Made by a program: the position numbers and the translations under genes | Part shown: positions 23,844 to 36,026 of the stretch, piece by piece | Layout: each line of letters opens with the position of its first letter | Position numbering within the stretch: position 1 is the first letter of the stretch | The notes under the pieces: generated by a model | The model's database searches: none | What the model was told of the DNA's origin: nothing | The model's input: the letters and a program-made list of their open reading frames with translations, nothing else | NCBI GenBank assembly: GCA_002633005.1 | Contig: NMRA01000113.1 | Coordinates: 10,797 to 74,796, forward strand | Reading direction: 5' to 3' | DNA length: 64,000 nt | DNA from: Phoronis australis | Lineage: Eukaryota; Animalia; Phoronida

Positions 23844-25422
23844 TTTTCTTCTCTGTGCAAGTCGTACAACAGTTGTCTTCCTAAGCTGTGGCCACTCTTG
23901 CCGAAAGGATAGAATGTTTAATTTTTAAAGTCATAGCAGCTTATTTTTATGCTGCCTACGCCTTTGTTTTATGTCACACTGTTGATGACACCGTCAATCA
24001 ATAATGGACATTCACTTCAGCCGTTACCCAGAGCTATCAGTTACGTTTGTCCTGAGATGCTTGTTTGTTTAACTAATGGATTATAACTCGCTACTCTTTT
24101 GCAAAATACCGATTTAATGTTCATGTGCTAAAACATCATTTTTAGGCTCCTCTGGGACGACCGAGGCAAACAATTCTGGAGGTAGTTTGAAGTATTTTTA
24201 GAGAGTCAGCGAAGTCTGCAAGGCAGGCTAACGCTTGATGCCAGAAAATCCACAATTGTCGGAAATGAATGTTGTGCACTTTGAATCATATGATCCATTC
24301 CTTAACAAACTGAGAACGTGTTTTGATTGTGTAGGACTTTTTATCTCAGTTTTGGATGACATCTCTAAAACGGGGTTCCGTATCGTTTAACCTTAAGCAA
24401 AACGTTTCGGGGGCAAATTTGAGCTGGGTGCTCTTTCAAAAGGAAATACGAGGAAGTTATCTTACCACCGTGACACCCAAAAAGCTTTTATGTCAATTAG
24501 AATGATTAAACCAGTTGCTTATCCCGTAAAGTGGCTAGATACCTATACACCTGCCTTCTATCACAAACAAAACTTTTGATTGATTTCACATACTGTTATG
24601 AATTTGGTTTCATAGCGTAACTTCATCAGATGACTCCAGGAGTTGACATTTTGTTATTGCTTGGTACCTATGGAACGCCAACGTGTACTTTTGAGAACGT
24701 ATGCATTGCACTCGTTCACGCGAGCATAATGCACTCGTAAATCCGGAGGTCGCTGATAGTACACGCTCATGGATATTTCTTTCTCTAACCAGCACACGCT
24801 TACCACCTGCCACAGCGCCACCTACATGGTAATGTACCTTTAATCACACTGCATATGAAAAAGCGTAGCAAACGCTTTGATCTAACTGGTGAAGTTATGA
24901 TCGGCATCACACTAGAATTCCAATCGACTTTTAAGTTAAAAGTTTACCAGGTAAATGTAAGGTAACTATAGGCCTAGCTCGTGTCTATAACGCTGGTATC
25001 CCAGTTATGAATCTTCTGCAGGTACCAGAGTAGTGATAAGAAAACGAAGTGAAACAGAATTCCGATTTGACGCGTACACTATCACAGCAGTGATTGCAAT
25101 GGTATGAATGAGTGCAAAGAACACATTCTCAAAAAAATCACGTTAGATTGCTATGAAATCCGCCACTGTACCGGCTGAAATCTGAGCTTGATCAGCAACT
25201 TCCGGATTCACGTGGATAGCTTTAACGATGGGTATGCAGGGAAATGCATTCGTACGAACGCCTGCAATGCACGGATTCTCAAAAGAACGCGTTGACATCA
25301 CCTAAAGGTCAGGCCCTATAAGTGTTGACTTGTCACGGCGAATCATTTCATGCGCCGAGTATATGGTCAGTAGGCCTACTTTGCAGACCCAGACACCGTT
25401 TATCATGTGAATGAGGGACTGG

Positions 25423-25773
25423 TTAAGGGCGAAGGCAACCTTTTTTCATGTCATTTTTAGCAAAAATAAATAATCCCAGACATATTTTTCAGTCAATTAA
25501 AGCTTTTTGTAATTTAAACAATTACTCGTCTGCTGCTCCGGAAGTGACGTTTTGGCAGGCAAGAATTTCGCGCCAGTTTCTCCTCATAGACCGACTGTGA
25601 GAGCTGCCGAGTCAGTCATCGCTCTACATCGATTGTGATAAGTTCGGTCGTCGTTTGCTTTTTTTACGAGTCAGTCAACATGCCACACTTTTGCTGCGTG
25701 CCGGGATGTACTCACTATCGTCTCACGGACAGATGAACATCTGTCCCACTTGCCCCGGCGAGTGTCCCGCGAC
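25423..25773. mobile_element. Truncated copy of the Kolobok-type element (right part deleted)
   Basis: Matches 3093..3431, then jumps to the sequence equivalent to about 4046. Confidence 0.72.
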
Positions 25774-26516
25774 TTTATAGCATTTTGAAATTAATTGACA
25801 GAAACCGTGAGTGAGAATAAAGCCTGCAGCATATCAATTATTTTTATTTAATGGATTAAGACTCCCTTTGCAATCTGTGCGCGTGCACATTTATTATCAA
25901 ACCTCTAGAGAGTAATTAAGCTCATTAACAATGTTTTCTACAAGAGACACGACAAATACATCTCCCGCATTCTACTGATAAAATCAGAGTAGCTCAGTTT
26001 CGTTCCTGGAGCAGAAAAGCCCATGCTAACAGAAATCGAACCAAAGAGCCACTGCAATACTCTCGATCTGGGTTCGTTGTTGAACGTAAAAGCGAGGGAT
26101 CGATTGGGAGAAAGATTACAATGGAGGGCGGACGAACGGGCAGAGGTGACGGCAATGCGCTACCACGTGGGCGCGTAGCAACATTGAAATCAACCTTTCG
26201 TTCTGTCACGGTCTTCCCAGATGAGCCTAAAAATCGATGTTTAAGCACTACAACATTTGACTGGTATTTAGTCAAGGAGTAGCGAGATATAATCCATTAG
26301 TTAAACAAACAAGCATCCAATGACATGAATTCTGAAGTGAAACGTAATGAAAGTTATCTGGGTAACTGCAAAAAACACCTTTATCATTAGATTGTAACAT
26401 AGAATCAAACAAAGGCGTACGCAGCACAAACAGAAGTAAAACACTCTCTCAATCCTGACAGCCAGGGCAGCCACAGCTTAGGAAGACAACTGTTGTACGA
26501 CCGCAAAGAAGAGAAA

Positions 26517-28394
26517 ATGTTTGGATTATTCAATGATGGTAACAAAATTTACAATGTCCAAGAAATGACAACCGGAAGAGAACCAAATGGAGAAAGCGAC
26601 GAAAATTCCCCAATGGAGATAGTTGTATTGAATGATAATAAAACAATGGACGTGTCCGATTACGAGGCGTGGTTCTTCATTCTCGTTAATGGAAACGTGG
26701 CAGAAGCAGAGTCGATGTTGAAACAGGCAAATCAAACAGAGAAAGAGCTGTTGACGAAAGGAGTATTTAGAGGAGACAAAACCCTTGTCAAAAATTCATT
26801 ATTTTTTGTGCAGGAAATCTATGACCAAAGCGCTGTTCTTCAGCTCTTTCCGTCACGATTAATCCACCCATTAGTCTTAGCAATGATGAGTATGAACGAA
26901 AATTTGGTAACATTACTGATTTCAGAAAACGGCAACACAATCACGGACATTAAGGAAGAACACGGCAATAATATAGTTCACATGCTTGTCTTGTTCTCTA
27001 GCATTTATCCGAAATTTGAAGACTCATTTGTCAGCATTTACTCATCCATCTCTAGCTTCTACAAAGCGTCTAATTCGATGAGTGTGTTAACAAACCTCCT
27101 GCACGAGGGCAATAGCCAAGATTTCCGTCCGTTAGAACTGGCCTGCCGATTTGGGTGTCACAGTATATTTGAAGCCTTATTTAACACAGAAGGGGTCCAT
27201 AGACTCACAGAACAGCGAGGTCTTGAGATTCACTACAGATATGACATCACAGAATACTCTGGGATGCATCCTCAACGACGTCACAGATCACCTCTTTCTC
27301 TACTTTTGTACGCTGAGCACGATCAGCTCGACAACTCAAGCCTTAACAAATCGCCGTTTAACTTATTGAGAATCTGGGCGGACAAGCAATTCAGGTGCAC
27401 GTTACCACTTTTTGTCATTTGGTGGATATGGCGACTGGTCTATACCTTTATGTACGTGTTTGTCTGCATGACTTCGTACAAATCGATTGTGATGGAAGGT
27501 CTAGGCAACCAGTCCCAAATTTCGGAGACGGGGTGCCTCATTGAATTGTTTGCCAGGCATTCTCATCAAAGTAAAAATATCTGGCTGTTTAGCTTCTTGC
27601 ACGCCACACTGTTTGCCCGACTTCTGGGCTATCTCGTCACTGCATGCAGAACATGTGCTCAGTGGAGGCACTACAACGGTGTGATGAAAAGTCAAATTTC
27701 TAAGCGCTATGTTGTTGACAAAGTAGTTTTTGTAGTATGTGATTTGATTCACCTTGCCATGGCAACCACGAACTATTTTATGTTACTGATCGCCAAGTAC
27801 TGCAGCTCATCTTTTCTCTATTTCGCAATCTTCACTGCCCTGCTTTGTGCTGTTTGGTCCTTCCTTTACTTTCTTCAGCCCTTGCCATTTATAGGCTATT
27901 ACGTCATTGTCTTCCAAAACATGGTCTCCATCTTGGCAAAGTTCTTGATTCTTTTTGCCATCTTACTCTTTACTTGTGGTATGATATGGTACACCATCAT
28001 TAACAGTAACACTAACCCTTTGTTTTCGGACCCTTTTCAAAGCGTAATTGCTTCCTTTAACGTCATGCTGAACACGGTTCATCTGAATTATGGACCAAAA
28101 GATAGCTTGGCGGTAGCGTCTTTTCACTTTTTGTATATTATGGTGATGGTAGTATTAATGCTTAACTTCATAATTGCTTTAATGTCAGACAGTGTTGCTC
28201 GGATGACCAAGCAGAAAACTGTTCTGATGAAACTACACAAAATTGAGATGTCCAACGACATAGAATATAATGTAGCCACTATCCCAGTGTTTGAACAATG
28301 GTATCGAAAGTACGTATTGAAACACTTTCATCAGGTTAATGGAAGAACGTACTTCTCAATAACAAAAATCATCAATAAGGAAACTTGTTACTAA
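26517..28394 (+). CDS. TRPV5/6-like cation channel, paralogue B2, intronless CDS (~625 aa)
   Basis: Intact ORF with ATG at 26517. Positional counterpart of B1 in the second duplicated unit. Confidence 0.88.
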   Translation: MFGLFNDGNKIYNVQEMTTGREPNGESDENSPMEIVVLNDNKTMDVSDYEAWFFILVNGNVAEAESMLKQANQTEKELLTKGVFRGDKTLVKNSLFFVQEIYDQSAVLQLFPSRLIHPLVLAMMSMNENLVTLLISENGNTITDIKEEHGNNIVHMLVLFSSIYPKFEDSFVSIYSSISSFYKASNSMSVLTNLLHEGNSQDFRPLELACRFGCHSIFEALFNTEGVHRLTEQRGLEIHYRYDITEYSGMHPQRRHRSPLSLLLYAEHDQLDNSSLNKSPFNLLRIWADKQFRCTLPLFVIWWIWRLVYTFMYVFVCMTSYKSIVMEGLGNQSQISETGCLIELFARHSHQSKNIWLFSFLHATLFARLLGYLVTACRTCAQWRHYNGVMKSQISKRYVVDKVVFVVCDLIHLAMATTNYFMLLIAKYCSSSFLYFAIFTALLCAVWSFLYFLQPLPFIGYYVIVFQNMVSILAKFLILFAILLFTCGMIWYTIINSNTNPLFSDPFQSVIASFNVMLNTVHLNYGPKDSLAVASFHFLYIMVMVVLMLNFIIALMSDSVARMTKQKTVLMKLHKIEMSNDIEYNVATIPVFEQWYRKYVLKHFHQVNGRTYFSITKIINKETCY

Positions 28395-31300
28395 GTGTAT
28401 ACGGCGAATGCATGATATGAGTACGAACAATTCTTAAGGGCCATTTCCCTCAACCCAGCGATTGCGTTCTGTATTAGCCACTCTGTCTAGTCTAATTTGA
28501 TATTTCCCAATCATCAAACTTTGGTATTAGTTACCTGCAATTTCCGAAGCCAGCGACTGTGTTCTGTCTTGTCTTTTTATTTCCCAATCATCACACTTTT
28601 GTATTCACCTGAATCTGAGCGTCACATTTTTTAAGGTTGTGCCAGATTACCCATTACCCTTTGTTTTGAAATGGCATGGAACGCGAAAGCTCCTCAAAAA
28701 TATCGTTTAAACAATTTATAACAAAAGTATCATCTCGCAACGTCTGCTACAAAGTTATTCACTTTCCCTGTGAAGGAATTTCCAGAAAAAAAATCACAAA
28801 GTTCACGATTTTTGAAATACGCGCGAAGGAAAAACTCTATAGTCACTACAGAGTTTATAATCTCCATCCTACTAAGATAAATGTACATATGTCACACAGT
28901 AAACAAGCAGCTGACGAACAAAATGAATATTAACGGCAAGTTATCTTGTGATAACACTCCAATCTGAGGTCGATAACACAGTATGAGGCATGCCAGTTAA
29001 GCAAGCAATTTTTAAAAAATAATTTCAGGTGATCCATAGAATATATTTCAGCACTACCATACATTTTGCAACTACTTTTAACCAATTAGGAGTTATATCA
29101 ATTGCCTTTTAATCGTACTGGCTCATGTTTGATGTCAGTATTGTTTTGCTTACGTCAAAGGCCAAAGGTCACATGTTCCATATAAGGGAAATGGCTATAT
29201 CTTGGTGTACGTGGTTTGCTTTGTGAGAACAAAATCGACAAAGTGGCGTGCAGTTAATTTGAAACTAAAGAAAAATGGTTTGACATCAACAAAAATTCAA
29301 AATCTTTATGATCAAACCGTTGAATTCTGTTTCAGTGGCAGAAAACCAATCTAAAATGCAATTTAGTCTATTTTTCGCGTTTCAGGCCTCTTTAAAGGAA
29401 CATCATGTTGCCGAAAAACGCATTTTGGCATTTTCGTGGATGGATAGACTGCACGAAGACATTAGCTTTGACCAGAGCTATAAAACAAAAAGATCCATTG
29501 TATTTTTAGTTTTTTATTGCAAATCGCAAATTTTGACAGATTGTTAAAGCCAAAGCCGATGTCTCTTAAACAAATAAGCTTAAAATACTTCTTTTAATTT
29601 TCCAATTCATTAAGCTAATATCAACAATGCTAATGAACAACTTGCTAACCTTTGTAAATATGTTTTCTCAGCTTTTCAACTTCGTGAGAACTTGTCACGC
29701 GCTTTTAAAATTTATGTAAATGCTGTTTTGTGCGATGGGCCTTTGGTCATCCTTAGAGAAATAAAACTGATTGATTCATACTTTGCTAGGAACTGCGTGG
29801 TATTTGGATCAGCGGCACAACGTTTGACTACTACTTCCGATGGGCACGGACACTGATAGTGCCCGTCTGTGTTTCACAAGGAAAGGCATTACTGTCTGGT
29901 TTCACACAGAACAAACATATGACGAGATTTCGCGCAGTTATACAGCCCGTTATGTCCAAAGTATTCTGAAAGCATAGCCGCGTTTACACTGCCTATTGAA
30001 CCTGTCGATTGTACAGGTCAGTAGCCAGCCCTGCGCGGGGTATAGCTCCAATTTCTAATACGGCGGACCTTTTGATGATATTTCGCAAACGTCGACATTA
30101 GATTTTTCGGTAGCGCCCTTAGGCAGCTAAACTCCGCTGAAGGGGAATCCGTGTAGGCCTACACGACAATGACTCTCGGCTCTATATTTCTGAGAGAAGA
30201 TCAAGGGAATTCGTAATCCCAAAAATGAGTATACCTTATGACAGTTACTCGTAAAAGACGGCCCCGAAACGCCGTAAAATGTAACCATTTCGTAAAATGT
30301 AACAACTATTTTACGTCATCGTTACATTTTACGTTGCTGGGCCTCTCCTAAAATGTAACAAGTTGTTTGCCACACAGAGGAAACCGGTTTACGCACTTAA
30401 TGTTTTTTTTTCTCGAAGTGCTTGAATGAAATTCTGTCAAATGTGTCAGCTCGAACTTATAGATGTGTCCCTATGTGCTTTCCATTTTTTGTTTTCATTT
30501 ATTTTTTTAACATGAATAGTTTCTTAGTATCGTCAAAGATGTACCCCGTGCAGTTCAACTCCAGACGAAAGGAGTTTTCAGGATCGGATAACAAGTTATT
30601 GTTAAAGTGTTCTTGCAATCTTTTTTTGGCGCTTACAGGTCATAAACCAATCCGGCATTGGTAAAGCACAGCAGAAAAATGACATCATATTTTGGCTATT
30701 ATTTATCGTGTTTTTTCGCAAAGAATTCAATTTTGGAAGCCAATTTGATAGAAAAATCAACCGTTTTAGTCTTATTAGTTATATCACGAACAATACCTTG
30801 CTTTCCGATAGTACAGAGTTAATCCATTTTTGAATTTTTGAAGTTGGAGCAAATCTAAACAAGATTTTAAATCTCATCCTCCTCGTTTCCAAAACGTAGG
30901 CCTACTCTACATCCCCAGCGATCAAGACGTTCCTCACAATATCGATAAGGTTGAACCTAGGAACTAACCTTTTTTAAAATCCTTTTGAAACAACACTCGC
31001 AGTCCACTATGGGAAGCCCGGTGAAAACATTGAACCATTAATGAGATGATTTTGGCATATAAAAGCATGCAATAGACCTCATCATCAGTTGAATATGTGC
31101 CCGAGAATATACGTCAGAAAAATTCAGCCCACAGTGAAATAAATTTATCATTTCTAACAAATCCCAATACTTTTCTCTACTAGTATCTGGTGTGAATTAG
31201 GCTAACAATCAAATATGTGGAAGATAAATGAGTGATAGCACATTAATGACTTTGGAAAAAGTGTAGTCGCCGACAACCCAACACGGCGTGTATTCCTATT

Positions 31301-32415
31301 CCCAACACCATAGGTCACTAACAAAATTTAACGTTGTTTTATATCGCGAAGACAGCTTTTCTTCATCGTCAAACACTGTGCCATGGAATAGCTTACTAGC
31401 CTATCTAAGCGTGTCGTCGAACTGTTGGGGTGCACGATGGCTTTACAGTGGTGGTCTCTTGGTGTTTGAAACGATGAAGGCCAGTTAACGTAAGTGGGTT
31501 TGTGAATGGTATCAAAGATTTGAAATTCCTGATCTACTGCTGCTCCTCAGGGATTTTTTTGACTGAGTGGCTCCGTAGCAATAACAGAACGAAATATCAC
31601 CGGAAATACGTCGAAATTATTCTGTTGTTGTACGTATACATATTTGCTTTTGTGCTTTTGGGACTTCGCAACAGTAACCATGGTGGGTGTGGCCTAACTG
31701 CCTCTGTCCGATTTATTAGTATCGCCTAGAGTCTTCTTTCAGTGTAAATATTCATCCCAGAGAGACAGAGCCCACCGAGAAGCCACCATTAATATGAAAC
31801 GTCTTTTTTAAAATCACAAAAACATGAAAAAGAGCCGAGTGGTTCATGCTGTTCTTTAGCTAATGCATAATCTGCCCTGCTTGCTGAACCGTTGTGTTGA
31901 TCTGAACAAAAAAGGACACTGTTGCTATCACTACACGAATTCGCCATTATTCTTGAAAGCGAGGTGTTGTGTCTAATGGTTCTTTTTCAACACGCTCGCT
32001 TTCACATTAAAATTGATGCTAAAACGAAGCATTGCCTCTTAAACAACAATAATTTTTGCAGCGCTACCAAAGCGTGCTAGTGAATTATAACATTTCATAT
32101 ACCGTATAATTATGCGCGTAAATTGGCGCATACGCCTATTTGCAAACCAGATATGAGACACATTCTTTATTTTTTGAAAACATGCCTGGCTATTTGACTC
32201 CAGGAATGTAGCGAAGAATCTTACGACTGATATAGACTCGGAAAATACGCTGTAGACGTAATGTACAAACACTGCAACTTTTAAAATTTTAAACAATTTT
32301 TTTTTAGTTTCAAACTGTCTGTATGCACTTTTACTGGGGAGTTTAATGTCGTGGTTTAAGCTAACCAAACATTTTAGTTAATTTTCTTCCAACCATAAAA
32401 CACTAATCAGGTCTG

Positions 32416-32816
32416 GGCCCGGTCTCTAATCTTTGTACTCGAAACGAACTCGAAACTGTTTTTGGCAATTTCTCTTCTCCTTTTGTGCGAACTTAAGATA
32501 ATTGGTTATCAGACTGTGCTTGAATACATTATAGTTTATGTATAGGAGTTTCTAGTTCAAGTTTGCCCTTGAAGATCCTTATATTCGTGCTACAAACTCG
32601 AGTAAAAACTCGAAATTTCGAGTTCAAACTCGAACTTATTGCTTTAATATTGGGTTTACAAACTGTGAACTAAGGGCAATAAATTATCTACGTAAGTTAT
32701 TGTGTACTCGAGCATAGAATAATAGACACTTATCTTGATTTCGCCCAAAAGTAGAGTAGAAAATGCCAAACCTAATTTCGAGTTCCGTTTCGAGTAAAAA
32801 GATTGGAGACCGGGCC
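32416..32816. mobile_element. PIF/Harbinger-type MITE (401 bp) with CTG target-site duplication
   Basis: TIRs ggcccggtctctaatctttgtactcgaaacg and cgtttcgagtaaaaagattggagaccgggcc. CTG at 32413-15 and 32817-19. The empty site ggtctggtttcc is at about 9851 in copy 1. Confidence 0.9.
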
Positions 32817-35800
32817 CTGGTTTCCTTCATACTTTAAAAATAAGAAAAGATCAAAATCAAGTGTGCAACAGTTTGTCACTGGACTGGACTGTCGCCCGTT
32901 ACCCTCACTAGTTACAGCAAACTTCACAAGCCAGCCTACCTAAACATGTTATCAAACCAAGTAGCAAAAATATATTTTGAACTAGCAAGACTGCTTGTTT
33001 TTGTCAAGAACACTGCGTTTCTTCATCCACATCATGGCATGCACCTGTGCAAAGGAAACACTTAACTGAACAATTGTTTTTGAAAAAACGCATTATTTCG
33101 GATATTGGCGCATGGTCCTAACTACGCGCACAAACGGTCAGCCCCATAAAAAATAATACCTAATATCAATCATTTCATAAAATATTGATGATTGTTTTAA
33201 AAAATGTCAACTTATACGAATACCATGTATCCTCGAGATATTGGTTAAGCAGAAACTTTCCAGACAACTCACAGCATGTGTGTATATGTATTTGTATATA
33301 TGTGTATGTATGTATATTTTAAATCTCTATAACATTCCATGTCGATGCGATTTCTGTCGTTTTCCTTCGTTTTCCATTGGATGTTGCACTCCCAAAATTT
33401 CATTACTTTACCCGAATTTTACATATTTTTGCCCGAAAGTTGGGGAGGCTATTACACCCGCCACCTCGCCTATGTACGCACGAACACACTAAAATGCTGG
33501 TACTTCATATTTTTTTAACCTGTGAACTTACGCGCAGAGCGACTTTATTTGCAAGGTTGTTAATTTGTGCAAGTTCTGGAACACGGGTGCTCTTTGATTA
33601 AGGGAAATAGTTTTGCCACATTTAGGCTCAAATTTACAATAGCCTTTGACCTCCTTTTTCAAGTCAGTTGTATGCTGCCAACAGTCTTTAACATTCCCAG
33701 TCTTTTCTCATGTTGCACATGAATCAAACTCATACCGTTAGACGAGACAAGTACTGTATTTTTGAAATATTCTTCACCACGTAAACATGATGGGTCATAA
33801 ATGCTCATTTCAAATTAGTTTTTTTCGTTTTCTTTATTCACATTTTTAAAGTAAGGTATCTGCGTGAAAAGGTCATATCAAAATGAAAATACCACACGTG
33901 CCTCCGATACCGGACTAGTCAGATAAAAGGATATTAGTTTTGAATAACACTGTTTTTCGGCGATGGCTGTATTGATAACGTGTCTGTCAACAAGTTTTAC
34001 CTTGCACATGTTGACATTTATCAGTGGTCTTGAAAAAAGGACAATGGAACGGGGACTGAGGTAATCACAGTTAAGCATTGAAGGTAGCCGATGACCAGCA
34101 GACATGTCGCACGATTATCTAAAATACTCCAAAAACAGCAGAATTGAAAGTACACCGAAGCTCATATCCTGAGAGATGTGAGCAATAGAACGCATATGGT
34201 GCAACATTAACCTTGCGCGGCAACTGAACGATTCTCCAACGTGGTGTAAACTGATCTATCGTAGCGCGATCACACCAGAAGTCGCACCCAATACAGCGCT
34301 ACTGCACCAGATGGACAACTGCTGCCTACTGGCCAGAAAGTGAAAAATTTTCATTTTTGGATATTACCTTTAAATCCAGTTTGAAATATATGGTAGATTC
34401 AAAACTAACAAAATTATCCTTATTAAAATAACTTGTTGTTGGTCTAAAAGACTTTTATTGTTACAAAACAATTATATTATCAAGGATTCAGGGTAACACA
34501 ACCTGTAACAAAATTGAAATATTTCTAAAAACTTCTCATCTTTTTCATCTGTAACTACAAACCCAGTTGTGCCCAAAACTTTCAAGTGTTTCTCCCTGGA
34601 TGCAGGTTCAGCTACTTCTTATAACACGAATAACACCAAATAAAAACTTGATTATGGTTCCAACTTTTCTTGTCTCTTCATTTTCCATTGTTTCTCAATT
34701 TTTCGTGAATTATTGTTCCTCAAGAAAAGATAACCCATTGCATTTTTTGCCCCTTTTAATTTTCCAGGACTTTTCCAGTCTTGTCATTTTACAATTTTTC
34801 AGTTTATTTATGATCAGAGGTAACCCTGTATATTGGAAAATTTGGGAGGAAAGTACAAACTTTACATAGTGGCTACTTGAATATTAGACCTGGCAAAGGT
34901 ATCCAATCCCCCAAATAATTTTAGTCACCATCAAAACAACTTGTGTTACCAATCTTCTCGTAATTAGATTGCACAGAGTAAATGAAACACATTACATCAG
35001 AGAAGAATAAGACATCACAAACCATAGGAACAAAACATAAATTAACAACAACAAAATGTAGAGACATGAAATGAATGCAAACACACAATGGAATTTACAA
35101 AGCAAAACAAGGCTTGATCAACAGCTAATGATCAGTTACTCAGTAAAAAGATACTTGCAAGTAAGCATGTTACTTAAAAGCACGACAACCACCCTATGTC
35201 AATTTCAATGAAAACTGAATCTGTCACCTGCCTTGAAAATTACGGGATATTTCAGCTTAAGTACATCATAGTGTCACAAAGAGTCCCGTGTGATTCCAGT
35301 TTGGTGGTCTCTCTCCACACCACTCTCCCAAAACTTTAGCCATCTTTGCCAGTTTTGTAAAGAGTTTTTCAAAACTTGTTCCAAAGTTTTGAGAATTGAC
35401 AAGGATAACAAAACATTACTTTGCTTCAAGAATTTAAGTGATCAGAACATAGTTAACACCTGTCATTAGCTAAAACAGGGTTTAACTAACAGATCTTACT
35501 ATGTGACCTGGAACTCCCGGTTGAACCAAACAGTACACTTCTGCAATGACGAAACTTTTGAACAATTGACAGTACTCTCAATATTTTTTTTACCAAAAGG
35601 GTTAGCACCATCAAGACAGGTTGCTTAATACAAGATCTAAGATTTACAAAGTCAAATATCAAGCTTGTTCATACCAACGTTTGCAGTGGTCTATGTCACT
35701 GAAGACAACAAGAATATAAATATCTCACTAAGAACAACTGCAACATTGAAGCCACATTTCCAGGTAAGTATTCAATTATGCCAGATTTCACAAAATCTGT

Positions 35801-36026
35801 TGAGCATGATGAAAGAGACCCACCACAGAGCAATGCACGCGAAATTTGAGATAGCAGTATGTAACCATGATTACTTTAGAACTTGTAAGCTCATTAAAGT
35901 GTTAAAAAGACCAAGAACATGTTGTGACAAAGCCACTATCAACAACAATCTGTTGCACGATTGCCTTTACTGATTCAGTAGGAGAACTGTAAAAGAGTAA
36001 ACTAGCTTGGAACAAGACAACCGTCA

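Larger units (their letters stand above)
22330..35478 (+). repeat. Segmental duplication copy 2 (matches 1..12735)
   Basis: Direct repeat of the window start. Many of the short spurious ORFs in the track recur in both copies. Confidence 0.93.
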
